A stretch of DNA of 64,000 nucleotides. Source: Podarcis cretensis (lineage: Eukaryota). A program made the translations under genes and the position numbers. The notes beneath the pieces were generated by a model. That model made no database searches, was not told the DNA's origin, and saw only the letters and a program-made list of their open reading frames with translations. Of this stretch, positions 37,579 through 49,642 are shown one piece after another. The stretch spans positions 97,898,001 to 97,962,000 of the forward strand of contig OX638149.1 in assembly GCA_951804945.1 (NCBI GenBank). The letters are read 5' to 3'. Position 1 is the first letter of the stretch; each line of letters opens with the position of its first letter.

Positions 37579-37714
37579 CAATGATGGCGAAACTTGGCCC
37601 TCCAGCTGTTTTGGGACTACAATTCCCATCATCCCTGACCACTGGTCCTGTTAGCTAGGGATGATGGGAGTTGTAGTCCCAAATCAGCTGAAGGGCCAAT
37701 TTTGGCCATCACTG
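37579..37714. mobile_element. hAT-type palindromic MITE (136 bp)
   Basis: About 58-bp near-perfect inverted arms and a perfect 8-bp TSD TCTTATAT (37571-78 and 37715-22). Older relatives lie near 16690-16790 and 57500-57630. Confidence 0.9.
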
Positions 37715-39534
37715 TCTTATATGAATGTGATGGCAACCTGACTCATACACGTGGGTCTAAAATCACAATAAGGAATTTTGTCCTCAGATCCTTCAAGCTA
37801 TATTTTTAAGAAAACAATGACAGAATATTAAAAAAATATCCCTGGGTATACTGTATGCCAATTTAAATACTTGCCTTTTTAAGGCAAAAGGTAAAGTGAC
37901 AACATATTTCACCATAAAGAAGTGTGACCATGCTTATTTACATTGGTGTGCATCCCATGAAGCCCAGAAAACACACCACTGTCACAGGTTACTGAAAACA
38001 AAATGCCTGCAGTTTACTGATAGCAAATGGTGTGTATTAGAAAATAAATTTTCTTTTGATCTGAGTAAAAGAAAATAGCAAATATTTTACTTACTGCCAG
38101 GGAAATTCAAATAGTGAGCTACTCTTTTAAAGTAGGCTATTTTTGTGGTATGTGCTTTTATTTTTATGCCCATCAGCAGCAGCTTTGATGTCTGTTCAAA
38201 GAGCTAGTGAGCAAGTGATAATATGGTTCTTCCTGCCCACTTCGTATGCTAGAAGAGAGGAGGTATGGAAACATCCCATGTTCCAAGGTATAGAAAGAAA
38301 ATCTCTGCTATCAGTGGAATGGGATTATCATATTTTTAAAAATAAAATCTTGTTCTAAGGTCTCATCATTGAAACAAACACCAATGTTAATAGCAGATGG
38401 CGTGGTGGGACACGGGTGTTTACCTGACCTTCCAGTAGGTTAACTACTGCTGATTACTGGGAAAGAATGGGGCACAGAGGTGGGGGGGGTAGCACAGTGT
38501 GAAAATGAATCAGAAGAGACAATCCCTGCACCACAGCCCTTCCCTACTTTCTTCTGGTGAACAGCAGTGATTCACAGGCCAGGAAGTCAGGTAAGTTTAT
38601 CTGCCCCACCATGCTGTCCACTACTGACCTACATGTGAACTAACTGGACAAAATAAAGGAACTCAGCTGTCGTTACTGGTATTGTTAAGATCACCATCTA
38701 CGAAGTTTTCTAACTTCCATATTGAAGTGCACAATACAACCTGCTGCTCTCACCTTTAAACCCTTATTCGATTCAGAACATAGGATTTTTTTTGAATCAT
38801 TTTGGAGAACTTTTGAGATAAAATTTGTAAACCCCACCCTTGGAGAGTTGCTCCACAACCTGATCCCTTTCCTTCCAGTCTCCCTCTTCCTACTTTCCTA
38901 AACTTGGCAAGCTATAAGGAGGTTTGGTGACACTGTCTTAAACTGTAACTTGAGGGACCCATTGCAAAAAAAAGCTCACTGCTGATAATAAGCATGGTTA
39001 CATTACACAAACAGGTCATGTGATACATCTAGCCCCCTGAGGAACTGGTTCCTCATAAATTCCTGACAAATTTAGAGAATAGCCATTCCTACCCCTGCCC
39101 TCTCCCCAACTCACAAACATATGCCCAGTTGCTGAACATTTAATATTTAGCTCACCACTTCACTAGACCAGCCATCAATAAAGTTAGTACAGCAACACAG
39201 GCAGTGGTAATGGAGTAAGTGGTCATCTGTTTACACACTCAGATTGTATGGAATGAGCCATGAATGCTTAGCAGGTCTTTCTGCAAGCCATTCTCCCTGG
39301 ATTGTACCATAGCTTGCACCAGCAGTGGTGTATGGTGCCGATTCAAACTGGTGGGGTGTAAAATAGGAGGCTAGGAGTAGGTTCAGCCAGAGCCAGTTTT
39401 GGCCCATCCTCCTCCCTGCTGAATTCTACAAGGGCAACCCTGAGACTAAGAACGAGAAAGCTAACTGGCAGTGCCTCTCTCTGGCCCAGTTGTAAGAAGG
39501 CAGGTAGGTGGGGTTGGCTGAAGGCAGACTGAGG

Positions 39535-40107
39535 CATAGCTGTCAAGTGTCCCTTATTTGAAGGGACAGTCCCTTATTCCAGCGTCATGTCCCGCTGCTG
39601 TCCCTTACTGATGGATGTCCCTTAAATGGTGTCCCTTAAATTTCAAAGGAAGCAGCTCCTCTCCCTCCCCCCCTGCCGGCCAGGGAGGAGGGAGGCTCCA
39701 ACTGTGTTGCTTGGCTGTGTTGCTCACCCAATAAGAAGTCTAAGAACGACTGGGGGGTGGAGCTTGCATGCCTTGTGTGTGGCTAGTTAATGCAAGCTGA
39801 GGAGGGTTTTGAATGCTGGATGCCGTTTTGTTGCATGTGCCGCTGCAAACTTTGCAGTGCAAAGCCAGGCCGGGGAGCCATCTTAAGTTGAGGCTGCATA
39901 GGCCTTGTGGTGCATGTGATTCAGATTCTATTCAGTTGAACCTCTGGTTACAAAGTTGGTTGGACAGTGTTCATGAAGCTACCCAGCATGAGTTTGACCA
40001 GACTGCAGGAGGACAGGAAGACTGGAGTGCCTGGAACAGGTGAGGCTGCAGGTCCCTTATTTTGGCTGCTGGTCCCTTATTTTTAAATCTGTAAGTTGAC
40101 AGCTATG
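39535..40107. mobile_element. Non-autonomous hAT DNA transposon (573 bp)
   Basis: 12-bp TIR CATAGCTGTCAA/TTGACAGCTATG, perfect 8-bp TSD GACTGAGG (39527-34 and 40108-15), and subterminal GTCCCTTA repeats at both ends. Confidence 0.92.
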
Positions 40108-40277
40108 GACTGAGGTTGATGGGGCAGTGCCTCATTTGCCACAATGAACCAGCTACCACAGACTCAACAAACCAAATTTTCGCTTCTTGTCTGGAAATGT
40201 CAAAAGAGGGAAGTTATCAAGCACCCAATGCGTTTCCTGATTCATTTATTCTTTTGTGAACGAAAAGTGACACATAC

Positions 40278-42328
40278 GACTTCCGGGTTAGCGCCATCGA
40301 CTAATGGCGGATTCCCTCCGAGCTCCGGAGGGAATCGGCTCCGCAGGATCGGGTCTTGTCCGTGGCGGCGACACGGGGACCCTTAAAAATCACAGGCCCA
40401 GGTGCCTGTGAACCTGGTGACTCGGCGGGCACCATTTGCGCCCCCCCAAACTGCGAAGGAGCCTCTTTAAAGGCTCCGGAACGGGGACGGGGTGCGGCGC
40501 GGTGTTGAGAGTACATTGCTCCTCCTGCGGAGTGAAGCCGCAAGCCATTGTCGGAGAACGCTGACTTTTTCCTTGGAACGATTGGACTTTAAAGCAACAA
40601 CCCGTGAGTAATAAGGAAATTGGAATTTAAAGAAAACTTTCTTGAATTAGGAACGAGCGGGGAAGGGTTAAAAAGGAAGTCCGCCCCCCCTCTTCGTAAA
40701 TAATCTAAAGCAAAGGACCTGTCATCTAAGGTCAAGAGAATTCTTTTTTTTTTTTTAAAGACTTTAACTTTCACGGTTTGATATTATAAGAAATTTTACT
40801 GGAGGATAAAAGATTAACTTTGGAGCTGAAGTTTCACCCCCCAGACCCGGGAGCGTCCCGCGAGAGAGCCTGTTGATGAAGTATTCAAGAGCTTGACAGC
40901 TGTCAAGCTAGCTGTCAGAAGGATAAAGAGAACTTTGTTCTGTTGCTGCTGGTGGTTATATTTGTTACAATTCTGTGAAAATAAGAAAGGGTGGATACAA
41001 ACTAACTTGATTTTTGGACTTTGAGCTGAAAGGTACATTAAGGAACTAAAATCCCCCTAGAGGGGGTTTAGGGACATTACAATGGCTGGAGGAGGGAAAA
41101 TCCAGGCTGAGTTGGACAGAACATTTGTTCTCTTGGGAAAGTTACAAGGCCAAGTCGATGCTTTGGCTAGAAGCGTCATAACTCTGGACTTAAAAGTAAA
41201 CAATGTGGTTGAACCTGATAAGGATTTGAAGCAGGAAGCCTATTCAATTGGACAATTAGAGAAACTTGAGAGCTCTCAGTTACCAGAGAGCCATGAGAGC
41301 ATGGAGGAGACATATGTTCCCCCTGAAGAAAAGGAAGGAGGAGCTGTAATTTTGCAGATGTTAAAGGAGAGTTACAACTTGTGATCTGACATGATAGCAA
41401 CAAAGGAAAATAAAAATTTGATGTGGAAAGCCTGGCCTGAATTGGAGTGTGGAAAACTGAGAGATCCCCTTATGTGGAGATCTGAAGACCGAAGGATTAC
41501 AAACTTGAACAAGGTGGAAGCTGGAGCTTTGGGGATACTTGGACTTGAAAGGAGTATGAAACAAGATTTGGAGTACCCCATAGGTCTTGCTTTTAAATAT
41601 GGAGGTCTGGCTGGAAGAAACATGGATTCTGTTGGGCCGGAGCCTCTCCGAGATTTGGGACTTAATATTAAGGACTATCAAAAAGACCGGCAGAGAGGAA
41701 TTGAAAGAGATTTAAGAGCCTCAGATGTGAGATCTCCAGGCTAAACAGTATATTGAGACAGATGGACACTTGTTGGGGACTGAAACCGGGAAAGGGGTGG
41801 GAAAGGAGTCTGGGAATCCAAAGGGTATATAATTATAACTTGTTTTGTTTTTATTGTCTTTTACTATCTGCATGGAAATTGGGAAAGCCGTGGAAGGGAA
41901 ATATTGGTCGACTTTAGGAAAATGTTCAAGAATGAGGAACGAGGTATAAGTATTTATGTTTAAGATTGGACAAGTTAAAATCGGCTCTCAAAATGGTTTA
42001 AATTAAATGAAAATAAGGTTTGTAAAAATAAATTGAGGAAATGGAAGAGGAGGAAAAATAAAATAACAATATGTTAAAATAAATTATTAAGCTAAAGTTG
42101 AGAAATAAGTAATAAGGACTTGCTGAGTTAACAATTTAAATTGGAATACAAGAAGGGGAGGTGTGAGGAGGTCTGAGAAATAAGTTAAATGAAAATAAGT
42201 AATTGAAATTTTATGTGTTTTCTAAGTGTTTTTTTTAAGTTTTGTATTTTTGTATTTTTGTTATTGTATTTTTGTCTATTTTTGTTCTCTTTCGAAAATG
42301 CCAATAAATATTTAATAAAAAAAGAAAA
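40278..42328 (+). mobile_element. Non-autonomous L1-like retroelement lacking ORF2 (~2.05 kb)
   Basis: 16-bp TSD GAAAAGTGACACATAC (40262-77 and 42329-44). CpG-rich 5' end starting GACTTCCGG. T-rich 3' tract, AATAAA at 42303-08 and an A-rich tail. No EN or RT motifs. Confidence 0.8.
41082..41744 (+). pseudogene. ~220-codon ORF1-like frame of the L1-like element, with one in-frame TGA
   Basis: Track ORFs 41082-41384 and 41391-41744 share a frame, separated by TGA at 41382-84. Good Kozak context (ACAATGG). Heptad-like N-terminus. EYPIGLAFKYGG resembles, from recall, the L1 ORF1p C-terminal domain. Confidence 0.55.
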
Positions 42329-43449
42329 GAAAAGTGACACATACATTAAAAAAAATATATACCCTGGAAAAAGCAGAGACTACAAATTCTGCAGAAGCCT
42401 CAGCTGGATAAAACGTACTGTACTAAATATCTTTAATTTGACTGTATATTTTATACTTGTAAGCAACCTTAAAAAATAATAATTCAAGGACACCACAATT
42501 ATTTTTCTTCAAACTTGGAAACCAAGAAGTTGTGATACACACAGGTCCATCTTTTGAAATCCACCAATGATCCCGGAGTCCAGACACATTATTTGTGGGC
42601 CACACTCCCACTAGTCATTTCATGCTAGAGAACATTTGTACATTATCAACAAACCTCAGCAATTGATAAGCGACTTGCATTAGTGCTCCTGTCCCCACTC
42701 AATAGCCACTCAATATTCTATTAAAGCAAACATGTTGCTTTCATCTGTCACACTAATCTCTTCATTATGCTTCTCCTTGGTGGCACATATATTATGTGGT
42801 GCAATAATTTGCCACCATAGGTTATTAAAAACCATTAGCCTGCTTCATTTTTAAATGGCAAGACTATCTGTCTAAATAACAAGCAGTGACAACTCTACAA
42901 AAGGGCGGGGAAGATGCGGTACCTGTCATGAATGCAGAAAAATATAATGCTTCATCACTAGCATATTCTTGGAGTCTAGAGTGCTGAAATGGGCTTCTAA
43001 CAGCAATGAAACCCAATAACTGATAAAGTACCTTTTGCCTTCTCATTGTCACCATGACCCTTATTTCTGCCTAGACAACTTATTCAATTATTTGCAGATT
43101 TGAGGGCTGTCACCAAAGTCTACTAATACTGAAACTCTGGTCAGAATGGCTATGTGGCCCAAGGCAAATCTCAATTAAAAACAACAATAACAAGCAAAGA
43201 CTTAAGGTTCTCATATGGCTGGATCTCTACTAGCACCCTTCCATGAATGGAAGAGCTACTTCTTTTTGCATTGAGACCGAGACCCAGTGGCAACTCCCAT
43301 TCAAGGACTTGGGAAACCAATTTTTGCCAATTCCCATCTCTTACGTTGCTCCATCCCCCAGCTCTATAGGGAATACAGGTGACTGCAGGGATATTTTCCT
43401 TTTAAAGTGAGAGGTATTTGCAGTGTCAGTGGAAAGAGATGAAGGTTTT

Positions 43450-44260
43450 TGTTTTTTTAAAAGAAACCAAAATTTAAAACAAAATGATAGTACATAGAAT
43501 GCTATACAAATGAAACAACAACAAAAACAAAATCCAGTTTAAACTTCACTTGTGGAAAAACATTCTTTAAAAAATAACTCCAAACAAGGAAACCAAACAC
43601 ATGCACTAATAGTGGCGAAAACATTAATGAAGGAAAAGCAAAAAAAAGGAAAGAAAGGGAAACTAAATTCACAGAATGATGCTATAATTGTATTTATTTA
43701 AAAAAAACCAAGGAGGCTTAACACATCTTAAAATCACAGCACAGATTCAATCAACAAAGCATCAGTATTAACAATTATTTAAAAGCACAGACCAGTTAAG
43801 GGATAAAATGATATAAATCTGAGCAGTAATTTTAAAAACTGTACATTTAAAAAAGTATTTACAGAGCTTTTCAAACAGCAGTCTATTGATGCCCCTTGAA
43901 AAACCTCTTTAGTAACTAAGAGAAGTTTCCAGTGCAGTTTGTTATACTGGACTGGGCTCCATTTTTCCATTAAATGAAGTCAAAAATTTATTTGGAGAAG
44001 CCTAAAGTTCCTGCTTCAAACAAAGCCATTATGTTTGAAGCAGCTGAGCGAAATTAATCTCACTGTTGGAAAAAGTAACCTGTGGAGGAGCCTATAAGTC
44101 ACACCTTAAAAGATAAAATTTTCTCAATCCTCTAATTTTAAATCTGCTGAAAGGAAGGTCTGAAGCCATCTAAACATGTATTTCCATATAGTGCATTGCT
44201 TGCCGTTGCAGATCTTTCCATTCATATCCTATTGAGAATGATGATCTGCTGACAAAGCTA
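43450..44260 (-). mobile_element. Possible highly decayed L1 ORF2 and 3'UTR relic
   Basis: The minus strand has degenerate WKD...YMFRWLQT.P-like remnants, then T-rich 3'UTR-like sequence. Confidence 0.3.
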
Positions 44261-45124
44261 CAGAGCTTGGGGAGTGGTCTTTAAAAGCCTTTAAAATGTA
44301 GCACACAGAACTAAATAATTCAACAGTTTCTTGAGTGCTCCTTACAAGGCAATTTATGACTTGATTATTTTCTGGAATGCTCACCTGTACCACAAGCTGA
44401 GCTCCTTGCACTGTGCATTCCCTACACACATGCACTTCTCTCCACACCACCACACTATTCCAGAAGTTCCCTCCAGACCAGATTTTTCTAGAGTTACAGG
44501 GGGCTGCAGAAGGGAAAAATGGAATTTGTAGAAATTGCCTTCCCACTTTCTTTTCAGTGGGAACATGCAGTGCATGGGGTGCCATGTGCAGAAATTTTGG
44601 ATCCAACAAAACATCCACACTGTAGTGAGGCTTTGACAATCACCTGCTGTGGTTGGCTGCCACAACAAACTCTAGGTGGGTAGGCAGAGAATTTTCATGC
44701 ATGAGAAGAACTGTAATGTATATTCCAGGAATTATCTTAATAGACCAGTTTTTCCTCAAGGGGATCAAAGTTGCAAGGTCTTCTGTTTTTCCTTGCCTCT
44801 GTGCTGACTCAGGAACACTTGCTGGTTTTTCATTGATATACAAGTCTTATACCAAGTGCTGCCTATTGATAAGAGTCAGCAACAAAAACTATGAAAGAAA
44901 TCTTGGAGGAACAGAACTCCCCATATTAATTAAAAAGGTCACCATTCTGCTAGTAAAGGCGTGATCCACTTTGACCTCAGTTTTACTGTGTCCTCCCAGT
45001 TTATAAGACAGAACATAAACCCATCTGTGTAGAAAGCACCAGTGGAGTGACTAGATTTTTGTACGAAGAACAGTATACAGGTTGAAGGTGAACTGCTAAC
45101 TTTTATTACTGGTCCCTCATAAAT

Positions 45125-48100
45125 TGTTGTTGTTGTTTAGTCGTTTAGTCGTGTCCGACTCTTCGTGACCCCATGGACCAGAGAACACCAGGCACTCCTG
45201 TCCTCCACTGCCCCCCGCAGCTTGGTCAGACTCATGCTGGTAACCTCGAAAACACTATCCAACCATCTCGTCCTCTGTCGCCCCCTTCTCCTTGTGCCCT
45301 CCATCTTCCCAACATCAGGGTCTTCTCCAGGGAGTCTTCTCTTCTCATGAGGTGGCCAAAGTACTGGAGCCTCAGCTTCACAATCTGTCCTTCCAGTGAG
45401 CACTCAGGGCTGATTTCCTTCAGAATGGAGAGGTTTGATCTTCTTGCAGTCCATGGGACTCTCAAGAGTCTCCTCCAGCACCATAATTCAAAAGCATCAA
45501 TTCTTCGGCGATCAGCCTTCTTTATGGTCCAGCTCTCACTTCCATGCATCACTACTGGGAAAACCGTAGCTTTAACTATACGGACCTTTGTTGGCAAGGT
45601 GATGTCTCTACTTCTCAAGATGCTGTCTAGGCCTGTCATTGCCCTTCTCCCAAGAAGCAGGCGTCTTTTAATTTCGTGGCTGCTGTCACCATCTGCAGTG
45701 ATCATGGAGCCCAAGAAAGTAAAATCTCTCACTGCCTCCATTTCTTCCCCTTCTATTTGCCAGGAGGTGATGGGACCAGTAGCCATGATCTTCGTTTTTT
45801 TGATGTTGAGCTTCAGACCATATTTTGCACTCTCCTCTTTCACCCTCAATAAAAGGTTCTTTAATTCCTCCTCACTTTCTGCCATCAAGGTTGTGTCATC
45901 TGCATATCTGAGGTTGTTGATATTTCTTCCGGCAATCTTAATTCCGGCTAAGGATTCATCCAGCCCAGCCTTTCGCATGATGAATTCTGCATATAAGTTA
46001 AATAAGCAGGGAGACAAAATGCAGCCTTGTCGTACTCCTTTCCCAATTTTGAACCAGTCAGTTGTTCCATATCCAGTTCTAACTGTAGCTTCTTGTCCCA
46101 CATAGAGATTTCTCAGGAGATAGATGAGGTGATCAGGCACTCCCATTTCTTTAAGAACTTGCCATAGTTTGCCATGGTCGACACAGTCAAAGGCTTTTGC
46201 ATAGTCAATGAAGCAGAAGTAAATGTCTTTCTGGAACTCTCTAGCTTTCTCCATAATCCAGCGCATGTTTGCAATTTGGTCTCTGGTTCCTCTGCCTCTT
46301 CTAAATCCAGCTTGCACTTCTGGGAGTTCTCGGTCCACATACTGCTTGAGCCTTCCTTGTAGAATTTTAAGCATAACCTTGCTAGCGTGAGAAATTAGTG
46401 CAATTGTGCGATAGTTGGAGCATTCTTTGGCACTGCCCTTCTTTGGGATTGGGATGTAGACTGATCTTCTCCAATCTTCTGGCCACTGCTGAGTTTTCCA
46501 AACTTGCTGGCATATTGAGTGTAGCACCTTAACAGCATCATCTTTTAAAATTTTAAATAGTTCAGCTGGAATACCATCACTTCCACTGGCCTTGTTATTT
46601 GCAGTGCTTTCTAAGGCCCATTTGACTTCACTCTCCAGGATGTCTGGCTCAAGGTCAGCAACCACACTACCTGGGGTATATGAGACATCCGTTTCTTTCT
46701 GGTATAATTCCTCTGTGTATTCTTGCCACCTCTTCTTGATGTCTTCTGCTTCTGTTAGGTCCTTTCCACTTTTGTCCTTTATTATGGAAATCTTTGTACG
46801 AAATGTTCCTTTCATATCTCCAATTTTCTTGAACAGATCTCTGGTTCTTCCCATTCTATTGCTTTCCTCTATTTCTTTGCATTGCTTGTTTAAGAAGGTC
46901 TTCTTGTCTCTCCTTGCTATTCTTTGGAAATCTGCATTCAATTTCCTGTATGTTTCACAATCTCCCTTGCATTTTGCTTGCCTTCTCTCCCCCGCTATTT
47001 GTAAGGCCTCATTGGACAGCCACTTTGCTTTCTTGCATTTCCTTTTCATTGGGATGGTTTTCGTTGCTGCCTCCTGTATAATGTTACGAGCCTCCATCCA
47101 TAGTTCTTCAGGCACTCTGTCCACCAAATCTAAATCCTTAAACCTGTTCCTCACTTCCACTGTGTATTCATAAGGGATTTGACTTAGATTGTATCTTACC
47201 GGCCCAGTGGTTTTTCCTACTTTCTTCAGTTTAAGCTTGAATTTTGCTATAAGAAGCTGATGATCTGAGCCACAGTCAGCTCCAGGTCTTGTTTTTGCTG
47301 ACTGTATAGAGCTTCTCCATCTTTGGCTGCAGAGAATATAATCAATCTGATTTCGATGCTGCCCATCTGGTGATGTCCATGTGTAGAGTCGTCTCTTGTG
47401 TTGTTGGAAAAGCGTGTTTGTGATGACCAGCTTGTTCTCTTGACAGAACTCTATTAGCCTTTGCCCTGCTTCGTTTTGATCTCCAAGGCCAAACTTGCCA
47501 GTTGTTCCTTTTATCTCTTGACTCCCTACTTTAGCATTCCAATCCCCTATAATGAGAAGAACATCCTTCTTTGGTGTCACTTCTATAAGGTGTTGTAAGT
47601 CTTCATAGAATTGGTCAATTTCAGTTTCTTCAGCACCAGTAGTTGGTGCATAAACTTGGATTACTGTGATGTTAAAAGGTCTGCCTTGGATTCGTATCGA
47701 GATCATTCTATCATTTTTGAGATTGCATCCCAGTACAGCTTTTGCCACTCTTTTGTTGACTATGAGGGCCACTCCATTTCTTTTACGGGTTTCTTGCCCA
47801 CAGTAGTAGATATGATGGTCAACCGAATTGAATTCACCCATTCCCGTCCATTTTAGTTCACTGATGCCCAGGATGTCAATATTTATTCTTGCCATCTCAT
47901 TTTTGACCACCTCCAACTTACCCATGTTCATGGTTCTTACATTCCAGGTTCCTATGCAATATTTTTCTTTACAGCATTGGACTTTCCTTTCGCTCCAGGC
48001 ATATCCGCAACTGAGCGTCCTTTCGGCTTTGGCCCAGCCGCTTCATCAGCTCTGGATCTACTTGTACTTGCCCTCCGCTCTTCCCCAGTAGCATGTTGGA

Positions 48101-48346
48101 CGCCTTCCGACCTGAGGGGCTCATCTTCCAGCGTCATAACTTTTATATGCCTGTTGTCTTTGTCCATGGAGTTTTCTTGGCAGGGATACTGGAGTGGCTT
48201 GCCGGTTCCTCCTCCAGGTGGATCACGTTTGGTCAAAACTCTCCACTATGACCTGTTCATCTTGGGTGCCCTGCTCGGCATAGTTCATAGCTTCTCTGAG
48301 TTCTTCAAGCCCCTTCGCCACGGCAAGGCAGTGATCCATGAAGGGG
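45125..48346 (-). mobile_element. Full-length BovB (RTE clade) LINE, 3222 bp
   Basis: 11-bp TSD CCCTCATAAAT (45114-24 and 48347-57). (CAA)n tail after ...GAGTCGGACACGACTAAACGACTAAAC. RTE-type 5'UTR. EN plus RT ORF. Confidence 0.96.
45137..48167 (-). pseudogene. BovB ORF (APE endonuclease and reverse transcriptase); ~1010 aa when two -1 frameshifts (about 47994 and 45306) are corrected
   Basis: Motifs IGTWNVRTM, DILGISELKW, QVYAPT, GDWNAK, NQIDYI, GSDH, PIPKKG, FIDYAKAFD, GVRQGCILSP, LRYADD. The C-terminus GKMEGTRRRGRQRTRWLD...KSRTRLND continues in the 45137-45403 frame. The central 899-aa track ORF has no internal stops. Confidence 0.9.
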
Positions 48347-49642
48347 CCCTCATAAATACCAAGAGATATTAGATGTCAGAATATTGGCAACACCAAACTG
48401 CAACTAGGGATAGGTGAATCTGTCGATTTTGGTTTCTCACGTTTTCATTTTCTTTTCCCCAGTCTTAAGTTCATTTCTCCACATTTCCACATTATTAATT
48501 TTTTTAAGTCATCATCAATAAAATGCATAAACTGAGATTAACCTGGCTGCAACCTTGCTTTGAACAGAGCTTGAGTACCCAGCACTAAAAAAAAATATTT
48601 TTGTGCAATCTTCTAAGATCTATACATCAAGGTAGAATGATGGTTGGCCACCGAGAGGACAGGATGCTGGACTAGATGGGCCATTGACCTGATCCAGCAG
48701 GCTCTTCTTAAACTTCATAATCTAAAGGCTATTCCCTTTCATCTATAAAGTCACTGAAAAAAGTATTAGTATATTCATTTGAAAGTTCATTTGCATCTGA
48801 GGTGTGTGTGACTTTCAAGCTTTCCCCACAGCAACATGGATGTAATTAGATTTAAGAATGAATTCAGTAGTTTCTTAATTAGCCAAACGATGGAGCATTC
48901 TAATTGTTTGTGCATGTAGGCACTGGGATGAAAAGAAATTGCTTTTTCATAAGAACTGGTAGTAAAGATATGGCTCTGTGGGGAACACATCATTCAACAG
49001 TGGGAGGGGGGAACACAGAGAACAAATGCAATGCCTGTGTTTCAACAATGTACAAGCTTAACAAAAAGATAAAAGGACCCAATCCAGAGAAGCAGTAGAA
49101 AGTGGTGTACCCAAGTAGAATCTGGGAACATAGGCAGTGAGAGGAGGACACTGACAAGATAAATAGCCATTCACATCTGATCCCAGCATTGAATTGAAAG
49201 CTATAGTGCACTCAGTTTAAATCTAATAACCTACACAAGTACTGTTCCTTCTGCGTGCACAACACCTTGTGATTTACATGTAGAACATTAGATGGGATCT
49301 ATCCTATATGTCCTGCTTTCCAACCGCCTGCTACCCTTCCCTATATGACCAAGTTTCTTTCTTTTTTGAAAATGCATATTAGGTAGAGAAGGACAGCTCC
49401 AGGGTAGACACCACTGATGGGATCCCCACCGACCTGGCACTGGTCTGCCGATATCAGGTGTTTGCATCAGTACTGATGTACAGTGCAAAACTGCAATTTC
49501 AGCCAAAAGTTAGACCAGGTCCAAGAAAGAACTAAGGTATCGGTTTAGACAGCTAGTAGGATTGCCTTGGCAAGCCTTCACTTTGGCTCACAACTGTGTT
49601 GGCATGACCAAAGTTGCATTAGGGGTACCTACCTCTCAATTA

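Noticed and set aside
48185-48346. Canonical HDV-like ribozyme at the BovB 5' end
   Set aside because: The candidate 7-bp P1 (GGAUCAC/GUGAUCC) is not followed by the P1.1 GG, P4 and J4/2 pattern. Kept only as an unclassified structure.
45165-48372. Plus-strand ORFs (e.g. 310 aa at 45173-46105, 193 aa at 46592-47173) as separate genes
   Set aside because: They are antisense shadows of the BovB ORF.
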